A stretch of 64,000 nucleotides of DNA from an uncultured Thermoleophilia bacterium (GCA_963715985.1 CAVQSP010000011.1:384001-448000), one strand, 5' to 3'; numbered from the stretch's first letter, positions 1 to 13,121 are shown. Numbers and translations are program-made. The notes: generated by a model not told the origin, from the sequence alone.

Positions 1-526
1 CGAACGAGACCATCACGCCGCCGTCGGTGAGGCAGCCGATCCGGTAGTCGAGCTTGTAGGAGACCAGGAGCGGCGAGGGGTTCGTGGTGGCGCGCGCCAT
101 CCGCACCGCGATGACGTAGAGCACGATGCCGCGCGCCAGCGAGATGGCGACCGGGATGAGGCTGAGGACGTAGCCCACGTCCGGAGCGTCGATGAGGCGG
201 TCGATGCCGTCGAACATCACGTACAGTCCCGACGGCACGTAGAGCACGCCGCAGAGGAAGGCGGAGAAGTTCTCGAGCTTGCCGGCGCCGTACGGGAAGC
301 TGTACACGTCCTCGCGCAGCACCTGGCGCATGGCGTACACGGCGAAGCCGTTGACGACCAGCGCGACGCCGGACTGGATGGCGATGGCGAGGAGCGCGGC
401 CGAGCCGGTGAGCATGGCCATGACCGTGAACATCACCGTCATGGGTGCCTCGGTGTAGAGCCCCCAGCGCAGCAGCTTGTAGAGCTGGATGGACTCGGCG
501 TCCGCGCCGCCGTCCTGGTGCCTCAC
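1..526 (-). CDS. Cation diffusion facilitator (CDF)-like membrane transporter, 3' end outside window
   Basis: Manual translation from GTG 526 gives hydrophobic helices and FPYGAGKLENFSAF, which matches the CDF (H/F)PYGxGKxE motif. Not in the ORF track because it runs off the edge. Confidence 0.75.
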   Translation of the reverse strand, partial: MRHQDGGADAESIQLYKLLRWGLYTEAPMTVMFTVMAMLTGSAALLAIAIQSGVALVVNGFAVYAMRQVLREDVYSFPYGAGKLENFSAFLCGVLYVPSGLYVMFDGIDRLIDAPDVGYVLSLIPVAISLARGIVLYVIAVRMARATTNPSPLLVSYKLDYRIGCLTDGGVMVSF

Positions 527-593
527 CTGCGACCCCCGCGCCACCGTGCCTGCGGGCGGGCCCTGTGCACGGCCGCCCGCCCCCTCGGGCACA

Positions 594-620
594 GTATCGG
601 CAGCTGCCGCGCGGAACTTA
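594..620 (-). promoter_or_regulatory. Sigma-28 (FliA/WhiG)-like promoter
   Basis: Minus strand TAAG-N15-GCCGATAC upstream of the CDF gene; the consensus is TAAA-N15/16-GCCGATAA. Confidence 0.5.
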
Positions 621-640
621 CGGCGGAGCTGCGGCCGCAG

Positions 641-2492
641 TCATTCCTCGACGGCGCGCGGCCGCCGGCGTCTGAGGAGCAGCACGACGAGGATGACGAT
701 GACGACCGCCGCCGCGCCCAGACCGACCCACAGGCCGGTGTTGCCGCCGCCTCCGGTCTGGACGGTCGCCCCCGTCTTCGGTTCGATCCGCAGGTAGTTC
801 TCGCTGCCGGCGTTGCCGTACGGCGGGATCAACACGTTGCCCACCTTCGCCGGCGAGGCCGCGTAGCCCTGCCACTTCGCGGTGTTGTAGGCCTCCAGGT
901 CGTTCGAGTAGGCGAGCACGATGTATGGAGAATCGCGGTAGAGGATCTGCTGCATCTTGTCGATCAGCGCCTTGCGGGCGACCGGGTCGATGGTGCGCCC
1001 CTGCTCGACGAACAGGCCGTCGTACTCCGGGTTCGAGTAGCCGCAGTCGCTCTGCGAGCCGATCTGGTCGGTCGTGAACCAGCTCATGGTCGACCCGGGG
1101 TCGACGTCGCTGTACCAGCCCCACACGACCACGTCGTAGTCGGGTGAGAGCTCCCCGTTCTGCTTGTCGATGATGCGCTGGCCGAGCGCGCCCGAGTCCA
1201 TGGTGGCCACGACCATCTTGAGACCGATGCTCCTGAACCAGCCCGACACCAGGCGCTCGACGTTCTGGTACGTGTTCGAGCCGTCGCGGCACCAGAGACG
1301 CAGCGTGATCGGCTCGCCGTCGGCCTCCCTGACGCCGTCGCCGTCGGTGTCGGTGTACCCGGCCGCGTCGAGCAGCTGCTTGGCCTTCTCCAGGTCGAAG
1401 CCGTACTGCTCGTCGGCCGGCGGCTCCCAATGCCAGTCGGGGTCCGTGTAGTAATCGGCGGTGATCACCGTGGTCGCGGGCTTGGCATGGCCGCCGTACG
1501 CGATGGCGCAGATCTTGTCCTTGTCCACGGCCCAATTGAGTGCCTGGCGGAACTTGGGGTCTTTGAGCACCGGGTTGCCGCGACTCGGCCCGGTGTAGCA
1601 GTTGAAGGTGAGCTCGTCGAAGCCGTTGGTGCGGATGGTGCGTGCCTCGATACCGGGCACGTCCTGCAGCATGCGGTACTGCGCGTCGAGGATCTGGAAG
1701 GCGCCGTCGATGGTGCCCGCCTTGAGGTCCTGCACCATGGTGTCGGCGTTCGTGTAGTACTCGAAGTAGAGCTCGTCGATCTTGGGGGCACCCCGCCAGT
1801 AATCGGGGTTGGCGACCATCTTCACGTAGCTGTTCTTCTTCCACTCGACGCATGTGAACGGGCCGGAGCCGACGATCGGCGGCTTGTTCGGGTAGCTGAC
1901 CCCGGCCACCTTGCCCGGGACCTTCGACCAGACGTGCTCGGGGATGATGGGCACATAGACGTTCAGCAAGTCCGCCTTGGGCTGCGAGCAGTCGATGCGC
2001 ACCGTGGTGTCGTCGACCGCCGTCGCCTTCACGATCCCCTTCGTGTAGCTGGTCCAGTTGGTGAGGTCGTTCTCGATGATGTAGTTGTAGGTGAAGGCCA
2101 CGTCCCTCGCTGTGACGGGCACGCCGTCGTTCCACTTCGAGTTCTGGCGGATGGTGAACGTCCACGTCTTGCCGTCGGCACTGGTGCTCCAGTCGGTGGC
2201 GAGCCCCGTGGCCTTGTCGCCCTTGGTGGGCGTGAGCGTGCCGTAGTCGTAGCCGACCAGCGGCTCGTAGGTGAGGTACCAGACCTCGTACCAGATGGTC
2301 ATGAAGCCGACGAACGGATTGAGGTTGTCGGGCTCCATGGTGTGGCCGACCCGGTAGACGACCTTGGCGGCGGCCGGCGATGACGCCGGGCTGGAGGCGG
2401 ACGCGAGGCCGGCGACCAGGCCGAGCGCCAGAGACGGCGGCGGCGACCAGGAGAAGGATGGAGCTCGTGCGGGTGCGGCGCCTGCGGTTCAC
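641..2492 (-). CDS. ABC transporter substrate-binding protein, family 5 (peptide/nickel), C-terminally membrane anchored; frameshift near 2430 in the signal peptide
   Basis: 565-aa ORF with WTFTIRQNSKWNDGVPVTARDV and PIVGSGPF motifs and a C-terminal TM helix followed by RRRR. The signal peptide MNRRRRTRTSSILLLVAAAV starts at GTG 2492 in an adjacent frame. Confidence 0.88.
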
Positions 2493-2668
2493 GTGTCCCC
2501 CCATCTGAGTGGTGGCCCCCCGGCGGCGTGCCCCACGGGGCACTGCCACGGCCCCCACGCGCCGGTCACCTCATCATAGGAGGCCGCGCCGCCCGGTCAA
2601 GGCTGGGCGCGGCGTCTTCGCGAGCCGCTATCATTGGCGGACGACCACCCCGGCCGGAAGGACGTACC

Positions 2669-3460
2669 GTGAGCCCAGAGCACGCCACCATCTCGAGGAG
2701 CCTCCACGACGGCGTGATCTTCGACCTGGACGGGGTCGTCACGCAGACGGCTGCCGTCCACGCGGCCGCCTGGAAGCGGCTCTTCGACGGGTACCTCGCG
2801 GAGCGCGCCGCGCGAACGGGCACGAGCCGGGAGGGCGCGCGGTCAGGCGCTGGCCCTTCGACCTGGACGCCGACTACGGGCTCTACGTGGACGGCAAGCC
2901 GCGCTACGACGGCGTGCGCGACTTCCTCGCCTCGCGGGGCATCGAGCTGCCGTGGGGCGACCCCGCGGACGCGCCCGAGCGCGAGACCGTGTGCGGGCTG
3001 GGCAACGGCAAGGACGACCTCTTCACGGCCGAGGTGCGGGAGAACGGCGTGCGGACCTTCCCCTCCACGATCGCCCTCATCCACGCGCTGCGGGACGCCG
3101 GCATCAGCCGTCGGCCTCATGTCGTCGAGCAGCAACACCGCCATGGTGCTGGCGGCCACCGGCACCACCGGCCTCTTCGACGTGCGTATCGACGGCGTCG
3201 TTGCGGAGGGCCTCGGCTTGCCCGGCAAGCCCGACCCCGCGGTGTACCTCGAGACGGCGCGCCAGCTGGGCGTCGCGGCGGCGCGATCTGTGGTCGTCGA
3301 GGACGCCCTCTCCGGCGTGGAGGCGGGCCATCGCGGCGGGTTCGCACTCGTCATCGGCGTCGACCGCCTCGGCCAGGCCGAGGCCCTGCGTGAGCACGGC
3401 GCGGACGTGGTCGTCGACGATCTGGCCGAGGTGACGCTCGTTCCCCTGGAGGTGCCGGCC
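2669..3460 (+). CDS. HAD-family hydrolase (beta-phosphoglucomutase-like), two frameshifts, 3' end uncertain
   Basis: Motifs IFDLDGVVT, YVDGKPRYDGVRDFL, GKPDPAVY and VVVEDALSG are spread over two frames (shifts near 2830-2850 and near 3107). No in-frame stop before 4045. Confidence 0.8.
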
Positions 3461-3551
3461 GGCGGGCCGTGGCCGGCGCGGCCGGCGCGGCCGCGCGCCG
3501 GCGCGGCCTGGCGCGCGCGGCCTGCGCGCCGGCCGGCTTTTCCGTCCGACG

Positions 3552-3580
3552 TTTACACGAACATATGTTCGTGTCACACT
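3552..3580 (+). promoter_or_regulatory. LexA (SOS/Cheo) box inside a sigma-70 promoter
   Basis: Perfect CGAAC-ATAT-GTTCG at 3558-3571 (20-bp palindrome at 3555-3574) lies in the 17-bp spacer between TTTACA (3552-3557) and CACACT (3575-3580). Confidence 0.9.
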
Positions 3581-3616
3581 CGGAGACCCCCGCAGCACCC
3601 CCTCACCAGGAGCCCC

Positions 3617-4045
3617 ATGTGCCCGCGGCGGAGCCACCTCCGGCGACAGACCCGAGCCTCTCGCAGAGAGGCGGGCGGCGGGCATGGCGAAGCCGCGGGA
3701 GGCGGGCGGAGCGAGTCCTCGGCCGGCGAGCGCAGCGAGCCCGCGGCCGGCCGGCGCAGCGCCGCCGGCCGGGCCCGCGCCGGCCGCCCGGGCACGGACG
3801 GCCAGGTCGTCCCCGTCACCGTCAGCTGGGACGAGCGGCTGCGGCGCCCGGTCGCCTTCGTCTGGCGCCGCCGCACCTACCGCGTCGAGCGCGTCCTCGA
3901 GACCTGGGTCGTCGAGACGGGCTGGTGGAAGGACGACGGCCACATCAGCCGCTCGTACTGGCGGGTGCGCGCCGGCGGGCGTGTCGTCGATCTGCGCTAC
4001 GACCGCCTGGGCAGGGCGTGGGCGCTCGAACGGGTGCTCAGCTGA
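3617..4045 (+). CDS. DUF6504 / ImuB-C-like small protein
   Basis: AGGAG RBS before ATG 3617. C-terminal PVAFVWRRRTYRVERVLETW..GWW..YWRV..DLRYD..W.LERV is typical of the DUF6504 proteins found next to dnaE2. Start uncertain. Confidence 0.75.
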   Translation: MCPRRSHLRRQTRASRREAGGGHGEAAGGGRSESSAGERSEPAAGRRSAAGRARAGRPGTDGQVVPVTVSWDERLRRPVAFVWRRRTYRVERVLETWVVETGWWKDDGHISRSYWRVRAGGRVVDLRYDRLGRAWALERVLS

Positions 4046-4057
4046 GGGGGCGCCGCC

Positions 4058-4150
4058 CTACTTCATCCGCACCATCCGCAGCACGACGGCGAGGACCACG
4101 ACGAGGATCACGATGACGATGATGAGCAACTCGACCCAGCCGATGCGCAC
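4058..4150 (-). CDS. 30-aa single-TM peptide MRIGWVELLIIVIVILVVVLAVVLRMVRMK
   Basis: GGAGGT RBS 6 nt before GTG 4150, GC-rich third codon positions, and a TAGGCT -10 at 4188-4193. Resembles a TatA-type N-terminus. Confidence 0.6.
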   Translation of the reverse strand: MRIGWVELLIIVIVILVVVLAVVLRMVRMK

Positions 4151-4258
4151 GCAAGCACCTCCAGACTCCGCGCCCGGGACCGCCGTCAGCCTACAGGCCC
4201 CGCGGGCGTGCGTCGACGGCGGCGGCCGGCCCGCGACCCGGCGCCACGGGAGGCGGTC

Positions 4259-7918
<3,660 letters not shown>

Positions 7919-7967
7919 CACGGCCCGGCACGCCGCAGCCCCGCCGCAGCCCCGCCCCATCACCGCG

Positions 7968-8405
7968 TCAGACGAGCCGTAGCACCGCCTGGATGCCCAG
8001 CGCGACGGCGACGGTGAGCACCGTGGTCCAGAGCACCACGCCGGCGCTGAGCCACGCCAGGAGACGGTTCCGGGAGGCCCCGAGCGCGACGCCGAGCGCG
8101 GCCGCCAGCGGAGCGCCGAGCACGAGCGGGGCCAGCAAGCCCCAGCCCACCACGCCGTACCGCTCCCACACGCCGCGCAGGCGTCCGCCCTCGGCAGCCC
8201 GGCCGTGCGCGAAGCGCGCCACCAGCCACGCGCGCACCCGCTCGCCGGCGAGCACGACGAGCAAGACGCCGAGGAGGGCGCCGCAGAGCGTCAGCGCCCA
8301 GACGAGAGGTGCCGGCAGGCCCATCGCGACCCCCGCCGGTACGGCGGCCCACAGCTCGACGAGGGCGATGCCGAACACGGCCAGAGCCTCGAGGGCCGCC
8401 TGCAC
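7968..8405 (-). CDS. Small multidrug export-like membrane protein (COG2426-type)
   Basis: 145 aa, hydrophobic, ELWAAVPAG and WERYGVVGWGLLAP motifs. Confidence 0.65.
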   Translation of the reverse strand: MQAALEALAVFGIALVELWAAVPAGVAMGLPAPLVWALTLCGALLGVLLVVLAGERVRAWLVARFAHGRAAEGGRLRGVWERYGVVGWGLLAPLVLGAPLAAALGVALGASRNRLLAWLSAGVVLWTTVLTVAVALGIQAVLRLV

Positions 8406-8407
8406 GG

Positions 8408-10279
8408 TCAGAACACCGCGACCTTGATCACGACTTCGTCGCCCTTGCGCAGCCGCTCGCCGGCGATCGGGTCCTGCTCGGTGACGTCACCGGGGTACGT
8501 GCCCCAGCCGGCCACGTAGTCTACGCTCACCACGAACCCCTCTCCTTCGAGCGCCGCCTTGGCGTCCCCGGAGGAGAGTCCGACCACGTCGGGCACCGTG
8601 ACCATCGGCGGCCCGCTGCTCACCCAATACGTCACCGTGTCGCCTCGCGTCACCGTGGCGCCGGCCGCCGGCTCCTGCCGGTACACCTCGCCTCTGGGCG
8701 CCGACGCCGTCGCCGAACGGCGCTTCCTCGGCGTGAGCACCGCCTGCTCGAGCTTTGCCTTGGCCTCCTTGGCCGACAGGCCGCTCAGTGTGGGCGCGGC
8801 GATGTGCAGCGGTCCCTGGCTCACCCAGAGGTCGACCTTGACGCCGTCTTCCACCTCCGTGCCCTGGCGCGGGCGCTGGCGCGCCACGATGCCGGCGTCG
8901 TAGCGGTCGCTCCACACGGAGTGGAGGGACGTCGTGAACCCTTCTCTGCGCAGCGACGCCGCAGCCTCGCCGGCGTCCGCGCCCACCACAGCCGGCACCG
9001 TGATGCCGCCGTTCAGCACGTACGTGTACACGGCCCAACCGGCGGCGCCGGCGGCGGCCAGTACCAGGATGAGCGCGATCCAGCGCAGCGGACGACGGCG
9101 GCGGCGAGGCGCCGAGGCAGGCTCACCACCACCGCTCGCGGCAGCCATCTGCCGCGTGCGCGCGTCGGCGGCGAAGACGGTGGCCTTCGACTCCGCCGAC
9201 GGCGCGGCGGGAGGGCGCACGGTCGTCCACGGGACCGCCGTGCCGGGGTCCGCGCTTGCGGGCGCAGGGGTCGAGCCGCCGGCAGTCGTCGCCCGGCGGG
9301 CAGCGTTCGCCGGCGGCGGAGCGGCCGGCTCGTGAGCGACTCCGGCCGCAGCCTCGCGAGCAGCCGCGGCTGCCCCCGCCTCGGCAGCATCCGTGCCGGT
9401 CCCGCCGGCCGACACGATCCGCCGGCGGGCGCCCGTCGCCCGGGCGGCGCGCAGAGCGTCGGCGAACTCGGCCGCGGACTGGAAGCGGTCGTCCGGGTGC
9501 TTGCACAGGGCGCGCATCACCACCGCCGCGTACTCCTCGGGCACCCCGTCGGCCACCGAGCGCGGGTTGGGCGGGGCCGTCTGCACGTGCTGCAAGGCGA
9601 CCGCCACGTCGCTGTCGCCGCGGAACGGCAGGAGTCCGGTGAGCATCTGGTAGAGCACGATGCCGAGGCTGTACAGGTCGGAGCGCTCGTCCGCAGGCTT
9701 CCCCTGCGCCTGCTCCGGCGAGAGATACGAGGAGGTGCCGAGCATCGCGCCGCTGCGCGTGAGCGCCGAGTCGGGCATGCGGGCGATACCGAAGTCCGTG
9801 ACCTTGACGCGGCCGTCCTTGTCGATGAGCACGTTGGCGGGCGTGATGTCGCGGTGGACGATGTGGGCCTCGTGGGCGACGCGCAGCGCGTTGAGCACGG
9901 CGAGTGCCATGGCCGCGGCGTCGTCGGGGGCGAGGCGGCCCTCGCGGCGCACCCGCTGCTTCAGGCTCTCGCCTTCTACGTACTCCATGACGATGTACGG
10001 GGACTCCCCCGCCCTCCCGCGGTCGTACACCGCGACGATGGACGGATGGTTGAGGCTGGCCGCCGCCTGGGCCTCGATGCGGAAGCGCTCGACGAACTCG
10101 TGGTCGGCAGCCAGCCGCTCCTTGAGCACCTTGACGGCCACCAGCCTCCCGAGGCTCTCGTCACGCGCCAGGTACACGTCGGCCATGCCCCCGCTACCGA
10201 GGCTGGAGAGCATGCGGTAGCGCCCGTCGAGCGGCGAGGAGAGAGGGGTCGCGTTATCGCGGTGTGCGTCGTGGTCCAT
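8408..10279 (-). CDS. pknB: PASTA-domain Ser/Thr protein kinase
   Basis: GSGGMADVY, VAVKVL, HRDITPANV, DFGIAR and YLSPEQ kinase motifs, one TM helix and three PASTA repeats. Confidence 0.9.
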   Translation of the reverse strand: MDHDAHRDNATPLSSPLDGRYRMLSSLGSGGMADVYLARDESLGRLVAVKVLKERLAADHEFVERFRIEAQAAASLNHPSIVAVYDRGRAGESPYIVMEYVEGESLKQRVRREGRLAPDDAAAMALAVLNALRVAHEAHIVHRDITPANVLIDKDGRVKVTDFGIARMPDSALTRSGAMLGTSSYLSPEQAQGKPADERSDLYSLGIVLYQMLTGLLPFRGDSDVAVALQHVQTAPPNPRSVADGVPEEYAAVVMRALCKHPDDRFQSAAEFADALRAARATGARRRIVSAGGTGTDAAEAGAAAAAREAAAGVAHEPAAPPPANAARRATTAGGSTPAPASADPGTAVPWTTVRPPAAPSAESKATVFAADARTRQMAAASGGGEPASAPRRRRRPLRWIALILVLAAAGAAGWAVYTYVLNGGITVPAVVGADAGEAAASLRREGFTTSLHSVWSDRYDAGIVARQRPRQGTEVEDGVKVDLWVSQGPLHIAAPTLSGLSAKEAKAKLEQAVLTPRKRRSATASAPRGEVYRQEPAAGATVTRGDTVTYWVSSGPPMVTVPDVVGLSSGDAKAALEGEGFVVSVDYVAGWGTYPGDVTEQDPIAGERLRKGDEVVIKVAVF

Positions 10280-10432
10280 CGAGGTGGTCTGCCTCACGCT
10301 GCGCCGGACATCTCCCTGCCCGTCCCGGCAGCGAGCACGATGCGAACGGCGCCGGCGCACCGTGAGATTGAAGCAGTCTAATCGAGGGCGGCCGCCCTGT
10401 CGTCCTGGTGACGCGCGCGGGCGCGGGGAGGA

Positions 10433-10846
10433 TCAGCCGGCCTGCCGCTCGGCGAGCACCTGCAGCGCCTCGATCTCGTCCTTCTCGAACCAGTACAGGT
10501 CGCAGATACTGCAGTAGTCGACCTCCACAGCGTGCTCGTAGCTGTAGTGACGCCGCATCATCGTCCGGCCGCACTTGGGACAAGGGATCAGCGCGACGCC
10601 CGGGCGGCCGCGAGCCGTGCGGGCGGCACGGCGCAGCTCGTCGCCGCTGGCGGTGAGCAGATCGGCGAGCCTCACCTGGCCCTCCGTGAACGCCACCTCG
10701 CGGCGCGCCATGATCTTGCCGATCTCGGCGGTGCTCACAAGCCGGCCCCCGCAGCCCGGGCACACGATGACGCGCAGGCCCTCGTAGTCGGCTCGCGCCA
10801 GGGACCCGCCGCAGGATGGGCAGGCCATGGCGCCCTCGACCGTCAC
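10433..10846 (-). CDS. Double zinc-ribbon (zf-TFIIB-like) protein, possibly the C-terminus of the upstream M48 protease
   Basis: CPSC..CPGC and CPKC..VDYCSICDLYWFEKDEIEAL motifs. Confidence 0.75.
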   Translation of the reverse strand: MTVEGAMACPSCGGSLARADYEGLRVIVCPGCGGRLVSTAEIGKIMARREVAFTEGQVRLADLLTASGDELRRAARTARGRPGVALIPCPKCGRTMMRRHYSYEHAVEVDYCSICDLYWFEKDEIEALQVLAERQAG

Positions 10847-12021
10847 GGCCGCCGGCGCCGGCAGCGGCGGCCGGACGAGGCGGCGGCCGCGCCGGGCGTC
10901 GCCCGCGCCGCCACCCGTGCCGCGACGCCCGCGTCCACGCCGATGTGACGGCCGGCCACGCCGGCCGCGGGCGCCGACGCCCAGTGCTCCCGCCCGGCGA
11001 AGTTCTCGGCCGCCGTGTCGGCCTGGCGCGCGAACTCATCCGGTGCGACGGCGGCGAGCGAGAGCAGAGCGTCGATGCGCTCCCCGATGGGCGGGTGCGT
11101 GTCGCTCCAGCGACCGAGCAGGCCGCGGGCGCCCAGGGAGGTCTCGCGGATGCACATCGGAGCCAGACCCTCAGGGATGTAGCCCGTGCCGCCGGGGTGC
11201 CTGCTGATGACGCGCAATGCCTCGGCGAGACTGAGCGGATCACGCGTGTAGCGGGCGGCCGCGAGGTCGGCCTGGCGCTCGCGCTCGCGGCTGAGCGCCG
11301 CGCTCGTGACCGACGAGGCGATCTGCAGGAGCCACAGCCAGCCGCGCAGCAGGATGCCGACCAGTGCCAGCGGCGCGGCCCGCGTGCCGCCCGCCGCCAG
11401 GGTCGCCTCCTCAAGCCGCTCGCTCACCTCGGAGTAGATGCCGAACAGCAGGCACGAGACTGTCACCGTGACGTACATCCCGGAGAGCACGTGACCGAAC
11501 TCGTGCGCCACCACACCCTCGAGCTGCTGGCGCGAGAGGCGCGCCAGGGCACCCTCCGTGACCCCCACCACCCCGCCGCCCCGCAGGTCGCTGAAGGCGA
11601 ACGCATTGAGCCCGAGGGTGCGCACGGTGACGCATTCCACCTTGGGCGACCCCGTGGCGATGCGCATCTCTTCGACGATGTTGGCGAGGCGCTGGTGATA
11701 CCTGTCGCCCGTGTCCAGCGGCTCGCAGTGCATGGCCCGCAGGAGACGTTGACGGGCGCCGACCTGGGCGCTGAACCAGTACAGCAGGGAGCCGGCCAGC
11801 GCGACGCCGAGGATGATGCCGACACCCCTCGGCGTGAACACCCAGCTCACCGTGTCCACGACGGGGAAGCTCAGATAGAGACTCACCGTGACGATGAGGC
11901 AGACCACCCACGCGGAGCCGAAGACCATGGCCAGCAGCAGGGCGAAGAGGAGCCAGATGCGCCACCGTTTCTCGCGTTCGATGTCGAAGAGCGTGCGGCG
12001 TGTGCCGGCGGCTGTGCTCAC
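10843..12021 (-). CDS. M48 family (HtpX-like) zinc metalloprotease
   Basis: TM helices plus LNAFA, HEFGH, SRERERQADLAA and THPPIGERI motifs. Confidence 0.85.
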   Translation of the reverse strand: MSTAAGTRRTLFDIEREKRWRIWLLFALLLAMVFGSAWVVCLIVTVSLYLSFPVVDTVSWVFTPRGVGIILGVALAGSLLYWFSAQVGARQRLLRAMHCEPLDTGDRYHQRLANIVEEMRIATGSPKVECVTVRTLGLNAFAFSDLRGGGVVGVTEGALARLSRQQLEGVVAHEFGHVLSGMYVTVTVSCLLFGIYSEVSERLEEATLAAGGTRAAPLALVGILLRGWLWLLQIASSVTSAALSRERERQADLAAARYTRDPLSLAEALRVISRHPGGTGYIPEGLAPMCIRETSLGARGLLGRWSDTHPPIGERIDALLSLAAVAPDEFARQADTAAENFAGREHWASAPAAGVAGRHIGVDAGVAARVAARATPGAAAASSGRRCRRRRP

Positions 12022-12100
12022 GATGTACGGTCCCCACGGTTCACATTAGTTAACACTACGGGGGTGGTTTCAACTCTCATGCCGATGGTAATATACCGAT

Positions 12101-12250
12101 CTGCGCGATGGAGTCCCCCTCCACACATCCCTCCATCTCGCCGGTACTCCCAAGTACCACCCCATGGCTCCTTTCACAAGCCCCTCTCCCCGAGGGGCTG
12201 CCCGGAAACGGGTGCGAGACGGCGGCGCGACGGCGCCGCCGTCTTGCGTA
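12101..12250 (+). ncRNA. Candidate small RNA with C-rich-loop hairpins
   Basis: Extended -10 TGgTAATAT at 12086-12094. Hairpins at 12107-12137, 12143-12158, 12179-12199 and 12200-12213 (GAAA loop), then a 15-bp terminator-like stem at 12214-12247. Confidence 0.45.
12214..12247. terminator. Terminator-like hairpin
   Basis: GCGAGACGGCGGCGC-gacg-GCGCCGCCGTCTTGC. Confidence 0.6.
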
Positions 12251-12315
12251 CGGACCCGATGGGCGTCCTCCGGGCGCCGTGACCGGCGACGGCCGCGGAA
12301 GGTCCCGCGGCGCCG

Positions 12316-13029
12316 TCAGCTGCTGCGCAGCAGCCCGGTGCTGAGCACGAAGTTCTCGGTGAGCGTGTGGCAGAACGCCGAGTACGCGGAAAGGTTCTTC
12401 TCCGTGTCCTCGCGCAGCTGCCGCGCCCACTCCTCGCCCAGACGCGGGTAGTTCTTGGCCGCGTCCTCCACCCAGTGGGCGGCGATGGACTCGTCCACCT
12501 CCGGGTGGAACTGGGTGGCCCACGCATTGCCGCCGGCGCGGAAGGCCTGGACACCGTGGGCGCTGCTCGCGATCAGGTGTGAGGTGGTCGGCACCGTGCA
12601 GGCGTACTCGTGCCAGCTGAAGGCGGTGAACGGCGAGGAGATCCCCTGCAGCAGGGGATCGTCCACGACCTTCTCCACGGTGATCCAGCCGACCTCGGGA
12701 CCCTTGAGCTTGTAGACGTCGCCGCCGGCGGCCTCCGCCACCAGCTGCGCGCCGAGGCAGACGCCCCACACGGGCCCGCCGTCGTGGATGGCATGGCGCA
12801 GCAGCTTGACCTCGTCCGCGAGGAAGGGGTGCTCGCGCGTCTGGTGCACGTGCATGGCTCCGCCGAGCGCGATGAGCCCGGCGGCCTCGTGCGGCCACTG
12901 CGGAAGGGCGTCGCCGTTGAACAGGTGACGCACCTCGAAGGGCACGCCGAGCGCCTTGAGAGCCGTGCCGATACCGGCCGGCGGGTCGTCCGGCTCGTGC
13001 TGCAGGATGACGAGTGGTTTGGCGGTCAC
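12316..13029 (-). CDS. Type 1 glutamine amidotransferase
   Basis: GVCLGAQL nucleophile motif and QFHPE; GTG start at 13029. Confidence 0.88.
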   Translation of the reverse strand: MTAKPLVILQHEPDDPPAGIGTALKALGVPFEVRHLFNGDALPQWPHEAAGLIALGGAMHVHQTREHPFLADEVKLLRHAIHDGGPVWGVCLGAQLVAEAAGGDVYKLKGPEVGWITVEKVVDDPLLQGISSPFTAFSWHEYACTVPTTSHLIASSAHGVQAFRAGGNAWATQFHPEVDESIAAHWVEDAAKNYPRLGEEWARQLREDTEKNLSAYSAFCHTLTENFVLSTGLLRSS

Positions 13030-13121
13030 GCAGGTCTCCTTCCCCAGGTGAGTGGAGTATACCCGCTGGCGCCCGGGAGCCGCCCTTGCCAAGCCGCCCG
13101 GGCGGCTGCGACACTCAAGCC

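Noticed and set aside
2528-4045. Apparent HAD-DUF6504 fusion (505 aa)
   Set aside because: A LexA-controlled promoter and an RBS lie between the two domains, and the linker is low-complexity.
12104-12120. Fluoride riboswitch-like GCGATGGAGT (also GGCAATGATA near 16117)
   Set aside because: No P1 pairing or downstream pseudoknot partner, and no suitable downstream gene.
12070-12165. Minus-strand 31-aa ORF (MGWYLGVP...) after AAAGGAG, possible lemA remnant or leader peptide
   Set aside because: Codon usage is atypical, RBS spacing is too short, and there is no LemA similarity beyond three residues. The + strand RNA reading explains the sequence better.
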